From Candidatus Latescibacterota bacterium (GTDB taxonomy: Bacteria; Latescibacterota; UBA2968; UBA8231): a DNA stretch of 64,000 nucleotides. Position 1 is the first letter of the stretch. Every line of letters starts with the position of its first letter. The DNA lies in the NCBI GenBank assembly GCA_965261395.1, contig OZ253462.1, forward strand, positions 2,368,001 to 2,432,000. Direction: 5' to 3'. Under the pieces are notes generated by a model that saw only the letters and a program-made list of their open reading frames with translations, made no database searches and was not told the DNA's origin. The translations under genes and the position numbers were made by a program. This document shows positions 19,006 through 28,178 of this stretch, one piece after another.

Positions 19006-19827
19006 TCACTGCGAAGTTTTAGCTAGCTCCGCCCTGCGCTCGACAAACGCCTGCGGTGGGGGCGTCAGGATCGCGCGTTTGCGCTCGTCCACCCCTTGCC
19101 ATGGGTCGGCGTCCGTTGGGCTGAAAAAATTATTCGGGCCGGAATAGGTCTCTTCGCGCGCCATGTATTTGTAAAAGAGCGTAGTCCGCGTGCTCGGTGC
19201 CGTCCACGGCAGGGTGACGTGACACAGGGCCTCGGTGAAGATAATGGCAGTGCCAGCGCGGGCCGGCACGCGGGTGACCATTGGATGCACGCCTTTGGAC
19301 AAATCGACCCACGCTTCCGGGACGGGATAATGCCCCTTGTGCGAGCCAGCCAAGCAGCCGAATCCTCCCCCATTACAAACGGTATCCTCTAGTTCGTACG
19401 CCACGGTGACCAGACCGTTGGAGAAAGTCCCGGTTGCGGGGTCGCGAGCGAAGTAATGAGTGACTAGCTCATGCGGCCGATTGGGATTTAGCAAGCGTCC
19501 GTTGCTGCCGTGGATAGTGCCCCCGGCGAGATCTTTGTTGAAGGTACCGTGCGTGTGCACGTTGATGTGGTCGATGCGGAAAGGGGGGAGCCCCCCGGCC
19601 CGTTGGCCGCCGTAGATCTCTGCTAGGATTTCCGCAATTACCGGAACGTCCAGCAAATCGACGAAAGCCTGAGACCAGAAACCGCCTCGGTCCGCGTGCT
19701 GCGAATGGAGTTCTGGCCCCCTTGCATCGACGGTGGCCTTGAGATCTGCAACCTGCTCAGGGGTAATTGCATCCTCTACCGTGAGGAAGCCCCACGTGTC
19801 AAAAGCGAAGCGCTGTTCTTCATTCAT
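19006..19827 (-). CDS. PhyH-like dioxygenase
   Basis: FAFDTWGFLTVEDA, GGFGCLAGSHK, AGTAIIFTEALCH, RTTLFYKY. Confidence 0.78.
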   Translation of the reverse strand: MNEEQRFAFDTWGFLTVEDAITPEQVADLKATVDARGPELHSQHADRGGFWSQAFVDLLDVPVIAEILAEIYGGQRAGGLPPFRIDHINVHTHGTFNKDLAGGTIHGSNGRLLNPNRPHELVTHYFARDPATGTFSNGLVTVAYELEDTVCNGGGFGCLAGSHKGHYPVPEAWVDLSKGVHPMVTRVPARAGTAIIFTEALCHVTLPWTAPSTRTTLFYKYMAREETYSGPNNFFSPTDADPWQGVDERKRAILTPPPQAFVERRAELAKTSQ

Positions 19828-19842
19828 TTTTAATCGAATCCC

Positions 19843-22470
19843 TCAGTACGCGACGGCAATGGTTTTTAGAACCTGTTCGTCCTCGATGCCAGCACCCTCG
19901 GTGTCCGTGTCGATCCGCAAGCGAGCGTAATACACCCCAGGCGACACCAAGACCCCCGCATCGTCTCTGCCGTCCCAGACGATGGCGTAGGAGCCTGTGC
20001 TCAAATCCCGTTGCTCCACCAACCGGCGCACCCGACGGCCTGCCAGATCGAAAACTTCCACTTCCGCCGGGCTATCGTCGCCTACCCGCACTACCTTGAA
20101 GGCGAACAGAGCTTGGTCGTTGACGCCGTCGCCATTGGGCGTAAAGGCGCGGGGGATCACCTCCACCTCTGTCAGCAGCGAGGCACTCTGCACCGTACCG
20201 ACCAGCGTTGTAGTGTTGCTCTCGATGCCGGCTAGCGCGTCGCCGGCATCGACTCGCTGCCAACTGCCCGCGCCCGCGTCGCTATTCTTTAAAAGTGCCC
20301 GCATCACTGCGCCCGTCGAAAACAATGCAGTCGCGAAATCTAGCCGCACCACTTCCGCGCCTGAACGCGGCCCCACCGGTGGGAAGGCCAGTTGCAGGCT
20401 ATCCGCGTGCGTCTGCATCACCTCCACATCGGCCACGGCCAGACTGGACAAGTCGGCGCTGGGACCGAAGGCATCCTCGGCACCGGCATACAGTTTCACG
20501 AAGCGCAGCGGCATATCGGACGGTGCCACCAGCAGCAACTGGTCGAAACCTGGATCCTGCGCCGCGAAATCTGGACGTACATAGAACGAAAATACTTGCT
20601 CCTGACCCAGTTGGTGCACCTGAAACGGCGAGATCTCACCGGTGATGCCCTGTGCCACGGGATTGCTAAAGTTGAGCCGGATCGAGCGCAAGGTCGGACT
20701 GACCTCCAGATCGTCCGATAGCAAGGTTGCCCGCAAAGTCAGAAACTCGCGCGGGCTGGGCGAAGTCACCGGCGAACCGGTCGGGTCTTCGTACGGCTGG
20801 CTCCACGGCTCCCAATCGGAACCAGCGGTTTCTTCGGCGACGATTTCGCCACGGAAAATCGACAGCAGCTTGTCGTAGTCTGCCTTGGATACTTCAGTGC
20901 CGTCTTTTTTAAAGTAATGCAGGGTTTCACTCAACTCGTTGCCAGTACGGGTCTGGATCAGCACGCTCGTGCCGGGCGGCGTGTCGGCATCCCACTCGAC
21001 GGAGAGCAGGTTGCGGCTGCTGCCCAAACGGATCAGATCAGAGGTCAGGGTCACTTCGGGCTGGAACCCCCGTCCGTATAGCTGTAGCTCCGCCGGCTGC
21101 CCAGTAGCTCCGCCCTTGCCCGTGGAACTGGTGCTTTCGAACTGCTTCCAGACGAAGCGAAAAAAACGGGCTTTGAGCCGCTCGAAATCGTTGCCTTCGT
21201 AAAATCCGAACCCTAGGGCCGAAACTCCGCCGCCGCCGAGTTGCTCGCGATCAACGGCGGTATTCCACTTGATGCTGCCGTCGGCGGCCAGCGTACCGTC
21301 TGAAAAATCCAGCCGGTAATTGGAGAACCTGGACCCACCGTAGGCCATCCTGAAGGCGTCGATCCAGTAAAAGGCACCTAAATCGAAAAGCACCTCCCCT
21401 TCGGGCGATTTGAGCGAGCCCCTGCCGTAGGTGTAGATGAACTGTACTTTGCTTTCGATCTGGCCATCGATCAAACTGTTAATTGACGCCGTCTGGGAAG
21501 CCGTGCCAAAACCGCCCCTGTCCAACGCCCCGGTGAGGATCTCGTCGCCTTCTGCCCACACTTCCAACTCGGCCAGCCGTGGACGCTCGATCCGGTAATA
21601 GCGCACCGAGCCTTGTTGCTCGGGCTCAAGTTGGCGGTGTACCTCTTGAGGCACTAGGGTCTCGCGCCCGTCTGCATGGAGCTTAAAATAATCGACTTCG
21701 CCCCGCTCGTCGGCCGCGAGCTGATCGTATTCGGCCTGAGTGACTTCTCGACCGCGGCCGAAATTACTGCCAGTCACCACCACCTGTACGAAACGAATGC
21801 CGACCCCCTCGAAATCGCGTTCTAGGTCCATGTCGATCTCGAAAAGCCGCTGTTCCTTGTTGGGCTTGATGGTCCGCAACATGGTGGTGTATTCGAGAGC
21901 AGGGCCACGACTGCCCGTGGGCTTGTTGCCCTGGGACACCAGCAGGTCGAACTGCAGGAAGGGATCGCCCAATTCCTCGTCGACGAATTTCAGCACGATT
22001 GTCTTGGCGATCACTAGCCGCCCCAGATCGACGGTAAACCACCACTGGCCGGCCAGCTCGCCCTCATCTGTGGGCGCGGCGGGCTGCCAGTACGTTGCTA
22101 GGTTGCCGTCGAAAAGGTTGACCACGTCCGCCTGGTTGCCAGCGGTTCCGGCCTGGATGCCGTCTAGGACGGTGATTTCTTCTGGAGCCTTTTTCACTCC
22201 ATCGGGTGGGCGGGCTTGCAGATAAGCGGCGATGTCCTGTACCGCGTTGATGTCGCGGTGCAACTGGTGCGGCGTCAAGGCACCACTGGGCGAAATTTCC
22301 ACTACCCCTTGGGGAAAGGTCCAATTGCGCCAGTGCGATGCGCCGTTGACCACTACCTGGTTGGCAGTCACTTGGTGGCCCGCCCCCTGACCGTACGCCG
22401 CCGTACCTAGAACCGCCGACAAGACCGCCCAGCCCATGCACTTCAGAATCCGTTCCATATCTCTTACCAC
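19843..22470 (-). CDS. Large secreted protein with discoidin-like modules and C-terminal FlgD/CHU_C-like Ig domain (type B of pair 1)
   Basis: Signal peptide; FDGxxxTYW and VDLG modules; FTPNGDGVND...WDGRD...PGVY; ends VAY. Confidence 0.8.
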   Translation of the reverse strand: MVRDMERILKCMGWAVLSAVLGTAAYGQGAGHQVTANQVVVNGASHWRNWTFPQGVVEISPSGALTPHQLHRDINAVQDIAAYLQARPPDGVKKAPEEITVLDGIQAGTAGNQADVVNLFDGNLATYWQPAAPTDEGELAGQWWFTVDLGRLVIAKTIVLKFVDEELGDPFLQFDLLVSQGNKPTGSRGPALEYTTMLRTIKPNKEQRLFEIDMDLERDFEGVGIRFVQVVVTGSNFGRGREVTQAEYDQLAADERGEVDYFKLHADGRETLVPQEVHRQLEPEQQGSVRYYRIERPRLAELEVWAEGDEILTGALDRGGFGTASQTASINSLIDGQIESKVQFIYTYGRGSLKSPEGEVLFDLGAFYWIDAFRMAYGGSRFSNYRLDFSDGTLAADGSIKWNTAVDREQLGGGGVSALGFGFYEGNDFERLKARFFRFVWKQFESTSSTGKGGATGQPAELQLYGRGFQPEVTLTSDLIRLGSSRNLLSVEWDADTPPGTSVLIQTRTGNELSETLHYFKKDGTEVSKADYDKLLSIFRGEIVAEETAGSDWEPWSQPYEDPTGSPVTSPSPREFLTLRATLLSDDLEVSPTLRSIRLNFSNPVAQGITGEISPFQVHQLGQEQVFSFYVRPDFAAQDPGFDQLLLVAPSDMPLRFVKLYAGAEDAFGPSADLSSLAVADVEVMQTHADSLQLAFPPVGPRSGAEVVRLDFATALFSTGAVMRALLKNSDAGAGSWQRVDAGDALAGIESNTTTLVGTVQSASLLTEVEVIPRAFTPNGDGVNDQALFAFKVVRVGDDSPAEVEVFDLAGRRVRRLVEQRDLSTGSYAIVWDGRDDAGVLVSPGVYYARLRIDTDTEGAGIEDEQVLKTIAVAY

Positions 22471-22486
22471 CCGCTGAGTATTCAGG

Positions 22487-24424
22487 TCAATAAACCAGCG
22501 AAACCACTCGTTCCTCAGATTCCACCCCCCCGTCGCTGTCCACTTCTAGGCGCAGGATATAGAGGCCCGGCGGCACCAAGTTAGCCTGGGCGTCGCGACC
22601 GTCCCAGGTCACTTCAAAACTGCCGCTAGCTGCGGTGCCGCGGTATATCTCGCCGATGCGCCGTCCCGAAAGATCATACAGATCAATAGCCACCGGTACG
22701 GCACCCAGATTGAGCAATTCGTACTGAATTCGCAGCAGATCGTTGGCACCGTCCCCATTCGGGGTAAATGCCCGCGTGGGCAGGCGTAGGACGTTGACCG
22801 CCTTTTTGTCGATATCTATCAGACTAACACTTAAAGTGTTGCTGTCGGCCAGTTGATCGGCATCTCCTGCGGTTACCTCTTGATGCACTTCGTGGGGTTG
22901 CTCGCTATCGAAAATCCGTGCCGCGAACACGGTGCCGAACTGGAAGACTGCGGCCTGGAAATCCACTTCCAGCAATTCGTTGGTGCGCTGCAGGTTCATG
23001 CGAGGAATTCGCAATTCGAATTCGTCTTCTTCCACTCGAACCTCGGTGAAATCCACCGGCACCCCTTCTAGCCGGACTTGGTCGATGCTGGCCACCCGCG
23101 CTGGCGTCTCGATCTCAATGCTGTCGAAACCTAGATCAGTGCCGGTCAATCGCGGCAGGATCTTATAGGTAAACTGCGTCACCGCGCCCGCCGCTACCTG
23201 CACCGGGACGATCTCAGCCAGCGCTTGGGACGCCACCGGCGGATCGGATACTTCAAATTGCAGGTAATGCAGCCACCCGCCCGCTTCCGCAGTAGAAGAG
23301 AAATGGACGGCGAATTGGATGAATTGCCGCGGCTTGTTGCCAGCGAGGGCACCGTTGCCGAGGGACAGATCGTACGGAGGGCTCCAAGCTTGCCAGTTTT
23401 CGGTGTCCGGCGTGATTCCGGCTCGCTCCCCCTTGTCCATTTTGTTGTATGTGGACAACACCAAGGCTTTGCCATCGCTATAGCGCGTAGTCTCGTCGCC
23501 GCGAAAGGTTTTGCGCCAGTACGTGTTGGGATCGGAATCGTCGCCGCTGCGCATAATCAGATTAATCGACGCGCCTTCGTCTTTTTCTACTGACCAGTTG
23601 AGTCGGCCCAAGCTGACCGCCTGTCCTAGGTCGATCACATTGGAGACATAGGTGGACTGCGGCGCAAAACCGGAACCGTAAATTTCAAATTCGGCAATTT
23701 CCCAAGCGCCGCGGATATTGGCCGGCGCTTCGAACAGGATGTTGCGGACGGGCCGATCGGGCATTTCGATGATGATATCGGAGCGGGTGTTTTCGGTGGC
23801 GTTGAGGACGATTTCAAAATCTCTCTGGCCGCCAGGCGGTCGCCTGGCCCACCTCTCGCCCACTAGGTATTCCCGGGTCCCGTCCTTGAGTGGGTCGCCG
23901 TCGTTGATGCCGACTATAAAGGTCTCGATAAAGCGATCTACAAGGTGCTTTTCGCGGGGATAGAAGCGAACCCGGTCGATGTTGAATAGCCCGCCCAGAT
24001 CGAATACCAGCACTTTGTTCTCTATCGCGCCATAGTCTCCACCCCAATCGCCGTCGCCCAGAAAATGGGTGGTGGGATCGCCGTCGAACATTGGCGCATC
24101 GCGGGCGGGAAAATCGGCCCAGCCCACGATCGAACGCAGCGTTTCGATCTTCCCGCCTCGTTCATCCAGCAACGGTGTCAGGTTGACCGTGGGGGCTAGC
24201 TGCTGCGGCGCAAGGGCCGTGCCGATCTCTGTCAGCAGGGTGCTGCCGTGCTGCTTGGCATCGATATCAGCCCATTCTAGCTGGACGAAATTGAAAGGCG
24301 CGTCTCGCTCGGGCGGCGGCAGATCGGAGCCGCCGATGCGGTAGAGGGTCAGCGCTTGGCTCACGTCGGTCAGCATGGCGCAAAATACCAAGGTTACGAG
24401 CGGCAATACCAGACATCGGCTCAT
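22487..24424 (-). CDS. Large secreted protein with C-terminal FlgD/CHU_C-like Ig domain (type A of pair 1)
   Basis: Start re-called to ATG 24424 (MSRCLVL, GAGGG upstream); FTPNGDGAND...WDGRD...PGLY; ends LVY. Confidence 0.8.
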   Translation of the reverse strand: MSRCLVLPLVTLVFCAMLTDVSQALTLYRIGGSDLPPPERDAPFNFVQLEWADIDAKQHGSTLLTEIGTALAPQQLAPTVNLTPLLDERGGKIETLRSIVGWADFPARDAPMFDGDPTTHFLGDGDWGGDYGAIENKVLVFDLGGLFNIDRVRFYPREKHLVDRFIETFIVGINDGDPLKDGTREYLVGERWARRPPGGQRDFEIVLNATENTRSDIIIEMPDRPVRNILFEAPANIRGAWEIAEFEIYGSGFAPQSTYVSNVIDLGQAVSLGRLNWSVEKDEGASINLIMRSGDDSDPNTYWRKTFRGDETTRYSDGKALVLSTYNKMDKGERAGITPDTENWQAWSPPYDLSLGNGALAGNKPRQFIQFAVHFSSTAEAGGWLHYLQFEVSDPPVASQALAEIVPVQVAAGAVTQFTYKILPRLTGTDLGFDSIEIETPARVASIDQVRLEGVPVDFTEVRVEEDEFELRIPRMNLQRTNELLEVDFQAAVFQFGTVFAARIFDSEQPHEVHQEVTAGDADQLADSNTLSVSLIDIDKKAVNVLRLPTRAFTPNGDGANDLLRIQYELLNLGAVPVAIDLYDLSGRRIGEIYRGTAASGSFEVTWDGRDAQANLVPPGLYILRLEVDSDGGVESEERVVSLVY

Positions 24425-24572
24425 CTGAACGACCCTCTTCGGGCGGAGTGATCTTTGATAGGCTACTTGGCTACTTAAGGGATATATAGAAAAAGGGGGG
24501 GAAGAGCAACTGCGAACCGCATGTCCGCACGTCGAGTGCGGGCGACTGCCACGCAGCTTGATTGAGGTACCA

Positions 24573-25883
24573 TTAGCTGCCTTGCCCCACGGGCAAGATA
24601 CCATACTGACGCAGCGTATCCTCCAAGGTCGGCCGACGGAGGCGAATGCGATCGTCGCTCAACAAATAAGAAAATACATATCCAAGCCCAAGCATCAGAA
24701 TCCCAATCAGGAAGCAATAGATGAACGCCCGGTCGGGATATTGATCCTTGAGGTACCCCACGTACAGCGGCCCGCAAATCCCCGCTGCCGCCCAAGCCGT
24801 CAAAATGGTCCCGTAGATCGTCGACATCTTTTGCGGGCCAAAAACATCGAGTACGAAAGAGGGCATGGTGGCAAAGCCCCCGCCAAAGCATAAAAGGACA
24901 TAACAAACGAGCGCCGAAAAAACATAGGGATTGCGTTCGGTCATTAGGATGCCAAAGACGACCATCTGACTGGCGAGCAGAATTCTGAAGACCCTGACGC
25001 GGCCCAGGCGATCCGAAAGCAACCCCCAAAACAGCCGGCCTACGCCATTGCACAGCGAACTGACGGCGATCAGCGTCGCCCCATATTCGGCCAGCGTCGC
25101 TGGCTCCACCGACGGATCGGCCAGCCCCCAAACTTCCTGTAGCAGTTCCGACTGAAAGCTGATGATGGAGATGCCGGCGGCGATGTTGCAAAAGAAGACG
25201 ATCCACATGAGAACGAATTCGGAGGACCGCAGATAAGGCGCAACCGAGTCAGACTCGTCGTTGCGCGGCTGTTCGGCAACCGCTCCAACGGCGACCGGGG
25301 GATTGCTCAACACCAAGCTGCAGGGGATCAGTACACAGGCGAATATCACCCCGAGCCCCAAGAAGACAAGCGACAGATCGCCTTCCATGTGCACTATGAG
25401 CAGGGGTGCCAAGCCCTTGCTCAACAGCAGTGCGCCCACCCCAAACCCCATCACGACGATCCCGGTTGCCAACCCCTTTTTGTCCGGGAACCACTTGGCC
25501 ACCGTCGCCACGGGCGTGACGTAGCCCATCCCGATGCCCGCCCCCCCGATGACGCCGTACCCCACGTAGAACAGCGCGAGCATGTCCCACTTCAGCGCCA
25601 GACTCGCCAGCATATAGCCGCCTGCAAACATGACGCTGCCGGTCACGGCCAAGCGTCGCGGTCCGACCCTCGGCAGCAGCGCGCCGGCCCAAGCCGCCGA
25701 GGTGCCCAGCGAAAGGATCGTCAGGCTGAAAGCCCAAGCCGTTTCCGTGAACGACCAACCCAATTGCCGCACTAAGATCGTTTGGAAGAAACTCCACGCA
25801 TACACCGTCCCAAAGCAGACCTGCAGGACCGTGCAGAACAGCGCCATGATCGAGCGCGGAATCAGTAGCCTTTGTTGCGCCAT
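24573..25883 (-). CDS. MFS transporter, oxalate/formate antiporter (OFA)-like
   Basis: GTVYAWS, GxGMGYVTPVATVAKWFPDKKGLATG, GRLFWGLLSDRLGR; start ATG 25883. Confidence 0.87.
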   Translation of the reverse strand: MAQQRLLIPRSIMALFCTVLQVCFGTVYAWSFFQTILVRQLGWSFTETAWAFSLTILSLGTSAAWAGALLPRVGPRRLAVTGSVMFAGGYMLASLALKWDMLALFYVGYGVIGGAGIGMGYVTPVATVAKWFPDKKGLATGIVVMGFGVGALLLSKGLAPLLIVHMEGDLSLVFLGLGVIFACVLIPCSLVLSNPPVAVGAVAEQPRNDESDSVAPYLRSSEFVLMWIVFFCNIAAGISIISFQSELLQEVWGLADPSVEPATLAEYGATLIAVSSLCNGVGRLFWGLLSDRLGRVRVFRILLASQMVVFGILMTERNPYVFSALVCYVLLCFGGGFATMPSFVLDVFGPQKMSTIYGTILTAWAAAGICGPLYVGYLKDQYPDRAFIYCFLIGILMLGLGYVFSYLLSDDRIRLRRPTLEDTLRQYGILPVGQGS

Positions 25884-25943
25884 TTTCCTAGACCTCAATC
25901 GCCAAGCACTCGCATCGAGCGACCTCACTCCACCGCTGCGCTA

Positions 25944-25961
25944 ATCTGCGTTCATCTGCGG
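25944..25961. repeat. ATCTGCGTTCATCTGCGG short intergenic repeat unit
   Basis: Tandem ATCTGCG core at 10-bp period; resembles the CCGCAGATGAACGCAGAT dispersed repeats of GxxExxY-associated loci. Confidence 0.45.
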
Positions 25962-25986
25962 ATACACTACCGCCGGGGAGTCGAAT

Positions 25987-26716
25987 CTATTCCACGTTTT
26001 CAGGCGAGCGCTGGCCTCTGTCGGCAACATAGAGGAAGAGTCGAGCTAAGTGTCCAACTTCGTCGTCGCGCGCCAACAGGTTGTCGTCGTCGGGTTTCTT
26101 ATCGTTCCCATCGCTCGCCATGCCCACGGCATAGCCCAAAAGTGCGCCCAGCGGCTTGGCCGCCAGATTGACCAACCAAACGGCGGCAAAGACGACGACG
26201 ACGAGGATGATAGAAAAAAGGTACACCTGCTGGCCGATTGCGCGTTGAATTTTTAGCGCAATCAGACCGGTGTCCATGCCCACGTGAACCGTCCCGGCAA
26301 CGCCAGCGAGAATCGGACTGCCTACTTCGACGAAATCGCCCATTCCAGGCAGGCTGCGCTCCACCGTGTCCATATTAAACGGATCGCTGGCGCGAATTTC
26401 TGCGGGAATGCCCGGCACAAAAGGTGTGGGCGAGAAACTCGCCGGCCTCGTTGGTGATGTAGATATACTTGATGCCCTGAATCTCGACGAACTGATCGAT
26501 GAGCGATTGCAAGGCCGACAAGTCGCGATTCAGGAGAATGTCCACGCTGGAATCGGCGATGGTCTTGGCAATGTCGCGGCTATTGCTCTCGTATTCGGCC
26601 GACAGGTGCGTATCGACTGTATAGACGCACAGAATGGAGGTCGAGAGGCCGATCAAGCCAAACAGCGCAAAGACGCCGAATAGCGTTTTCTTAAATAGCT
26701 TTTGAATTTTTATCAT
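25987..26716 (-). pseudogene. HAMP-domain membrane sensor-like protein, frameshifted
   Basis: ORFs 26375-26716 and 25987-26418 join as ...EFLAHTF/VPGIP... if one A is removed from A4 at 26419-26422; TM-periplasmic-TM-HAMP (KPL...DEVGHLARLF) with no output domain. Confidence 0.75.
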
Positions 26717-28005
26717 CAGGCAAACCTAGCGCGCCAATCGTCCAGTGGGACAAAGCGGCCTTCATCGACCACCGTGTAGTACACTCGCTGGAGACCCTGG
26801 CGGCGGTCGGGACCAAAGGAGACCTGTTCGCCAATACCCAGATCGAAATCTGCGACGGAGAACACCGCATCTTCGAGTTGGTTGCGCTGCGGCTCGGCCC
26901 CGAGGCGGTGCAAAATTTCAACCATCAACTTGGCGTTGAGAAAGCCTTCGAGACTGACGAAGCTGTAGTCAAAGGGTGTGTAGGAGTCTTACAACAGGTC
27001 CGCGGGCGGCTGCGGGGCATAGCGGTTCATCAAGTTGCGGTACTCTTGCACCGCGGGTATGGATGTGTCTTCGTAACTGGGCACCACTTGGGAGTTTACC
27101 AGCCATTGCGTATAGCGCTGGCTGTCGTCGCGCCCCTCGGTGAGCAGCTTGAGGAGATTTTCGCTGCCGACAAACGACAGGTTGGCAAAGGGCACCTGTA
27201 GGCCGAGATCGACGGCATCGCGAGCAAAGGCCGCGCAGGCCGCATAGGCCCCGATGCAGATTACCACTTCGGGCTTGGCAGCCTTGAGGATCTCGACCTG
27301 CTTGCGCATCGTGCCGGTGAACCGTTCGCCGCGCCGGTAGGTGGCCTCGCCGACGATTTGTTCGCCGTGTTTTTTTAGGGCACTTCTCACGCCGGCCCAG
27401 CCGCTGCGACCGTACGCATCGGCCTGATAGAACACGGCAATGCGCCGGCGGTTAATGCGCATGAAATTATCGACTAAGCCAGCCGTTTCCTGGCGATAGG
27501 AGGCTCGCAGATTAAAGGCGAAGGCACCATACGGCGGTTCGCGCTGGGGTTGCGCGCCGGTGAAGGGGAAGAACAGCAGGATGTTCTGGTCTTGGAATTT
27601 CTTGAGGATAGGCAACACGCGCGTCACCGTTGGCGTGCCAACGTAGCCGAACAGCAAAAACACCTGATCGTCGAGCATCAGCTTCATGGTGTTTTTGACT
27701 GAAGGGCCGGGTTGGTAGCCATCGTCATAGGCTTTGACCCGCAAGGTGCGGCTAGCCACGCCCCCCTGCTGATTTACGTGGGTAAAATACGCGCCAGCAC
27801 CTCGATAGAGTTCGATGCCCAACCCCCGGGAGGAGCCGGAGAAAGCGGCGGACATGCCGAGGATTATCTCGGTGTCGGTTACGCCAGATGCTGTCGGCGG
27901 CTCAACGGGGCGAGCGGCAAAGGCCCGCAGCGCGTGCCACCAGGGGGCGACCAAGCAACCGGTAAGGCCGGCACGGAGCAGCGAGCGCCGCGTCATTGAT
28001 CGCAT
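26716..28005 (-). pseudogene. ABC substrate-binding protein (branched-chain amino acid/LivJ-like, Tat signal) with in-frame premature stop
   Basis: TRRSLL Tat signal, GVTDTEIILGMSAAFSG, YDDGYQP, GYVGTPT; TAA at 26989-26991, then the same frame continues DSYTPFDYSFVSLEGFLNAK to 26716. Confidence 0.8.
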
Positions 28006-28178
28006 ACAGTTACCGCTAGCTTCTTTCTGCTGGGGAGGGCCAGCATGTGGTCGGAATGTAAGGCAAATAAAGGGATTTTGTTGGTCGTGGGTCAAGCTAT
28101 TTAGGGGTGGACTTGCGGCGGCTTTTGGCAGTTTTTTGGGGACTAATCCTACCACCCGCCACAACCACAGGAGCCTCT

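Noticed and set aside
24466-24545. GGCTACTT tandem, G7 run and small CCGCAC/GTGCGG hairpin
   Set aside because: Too short to distinguish from chance; no supporting second occurrence seen.
26989-26991. Possible stop-codon recoding in the binding-protein gene
   Set aside because: The codon is TAA (not TGA or TAG) and TAA terminates other genes in the window; a nonsense mutation is simpler.
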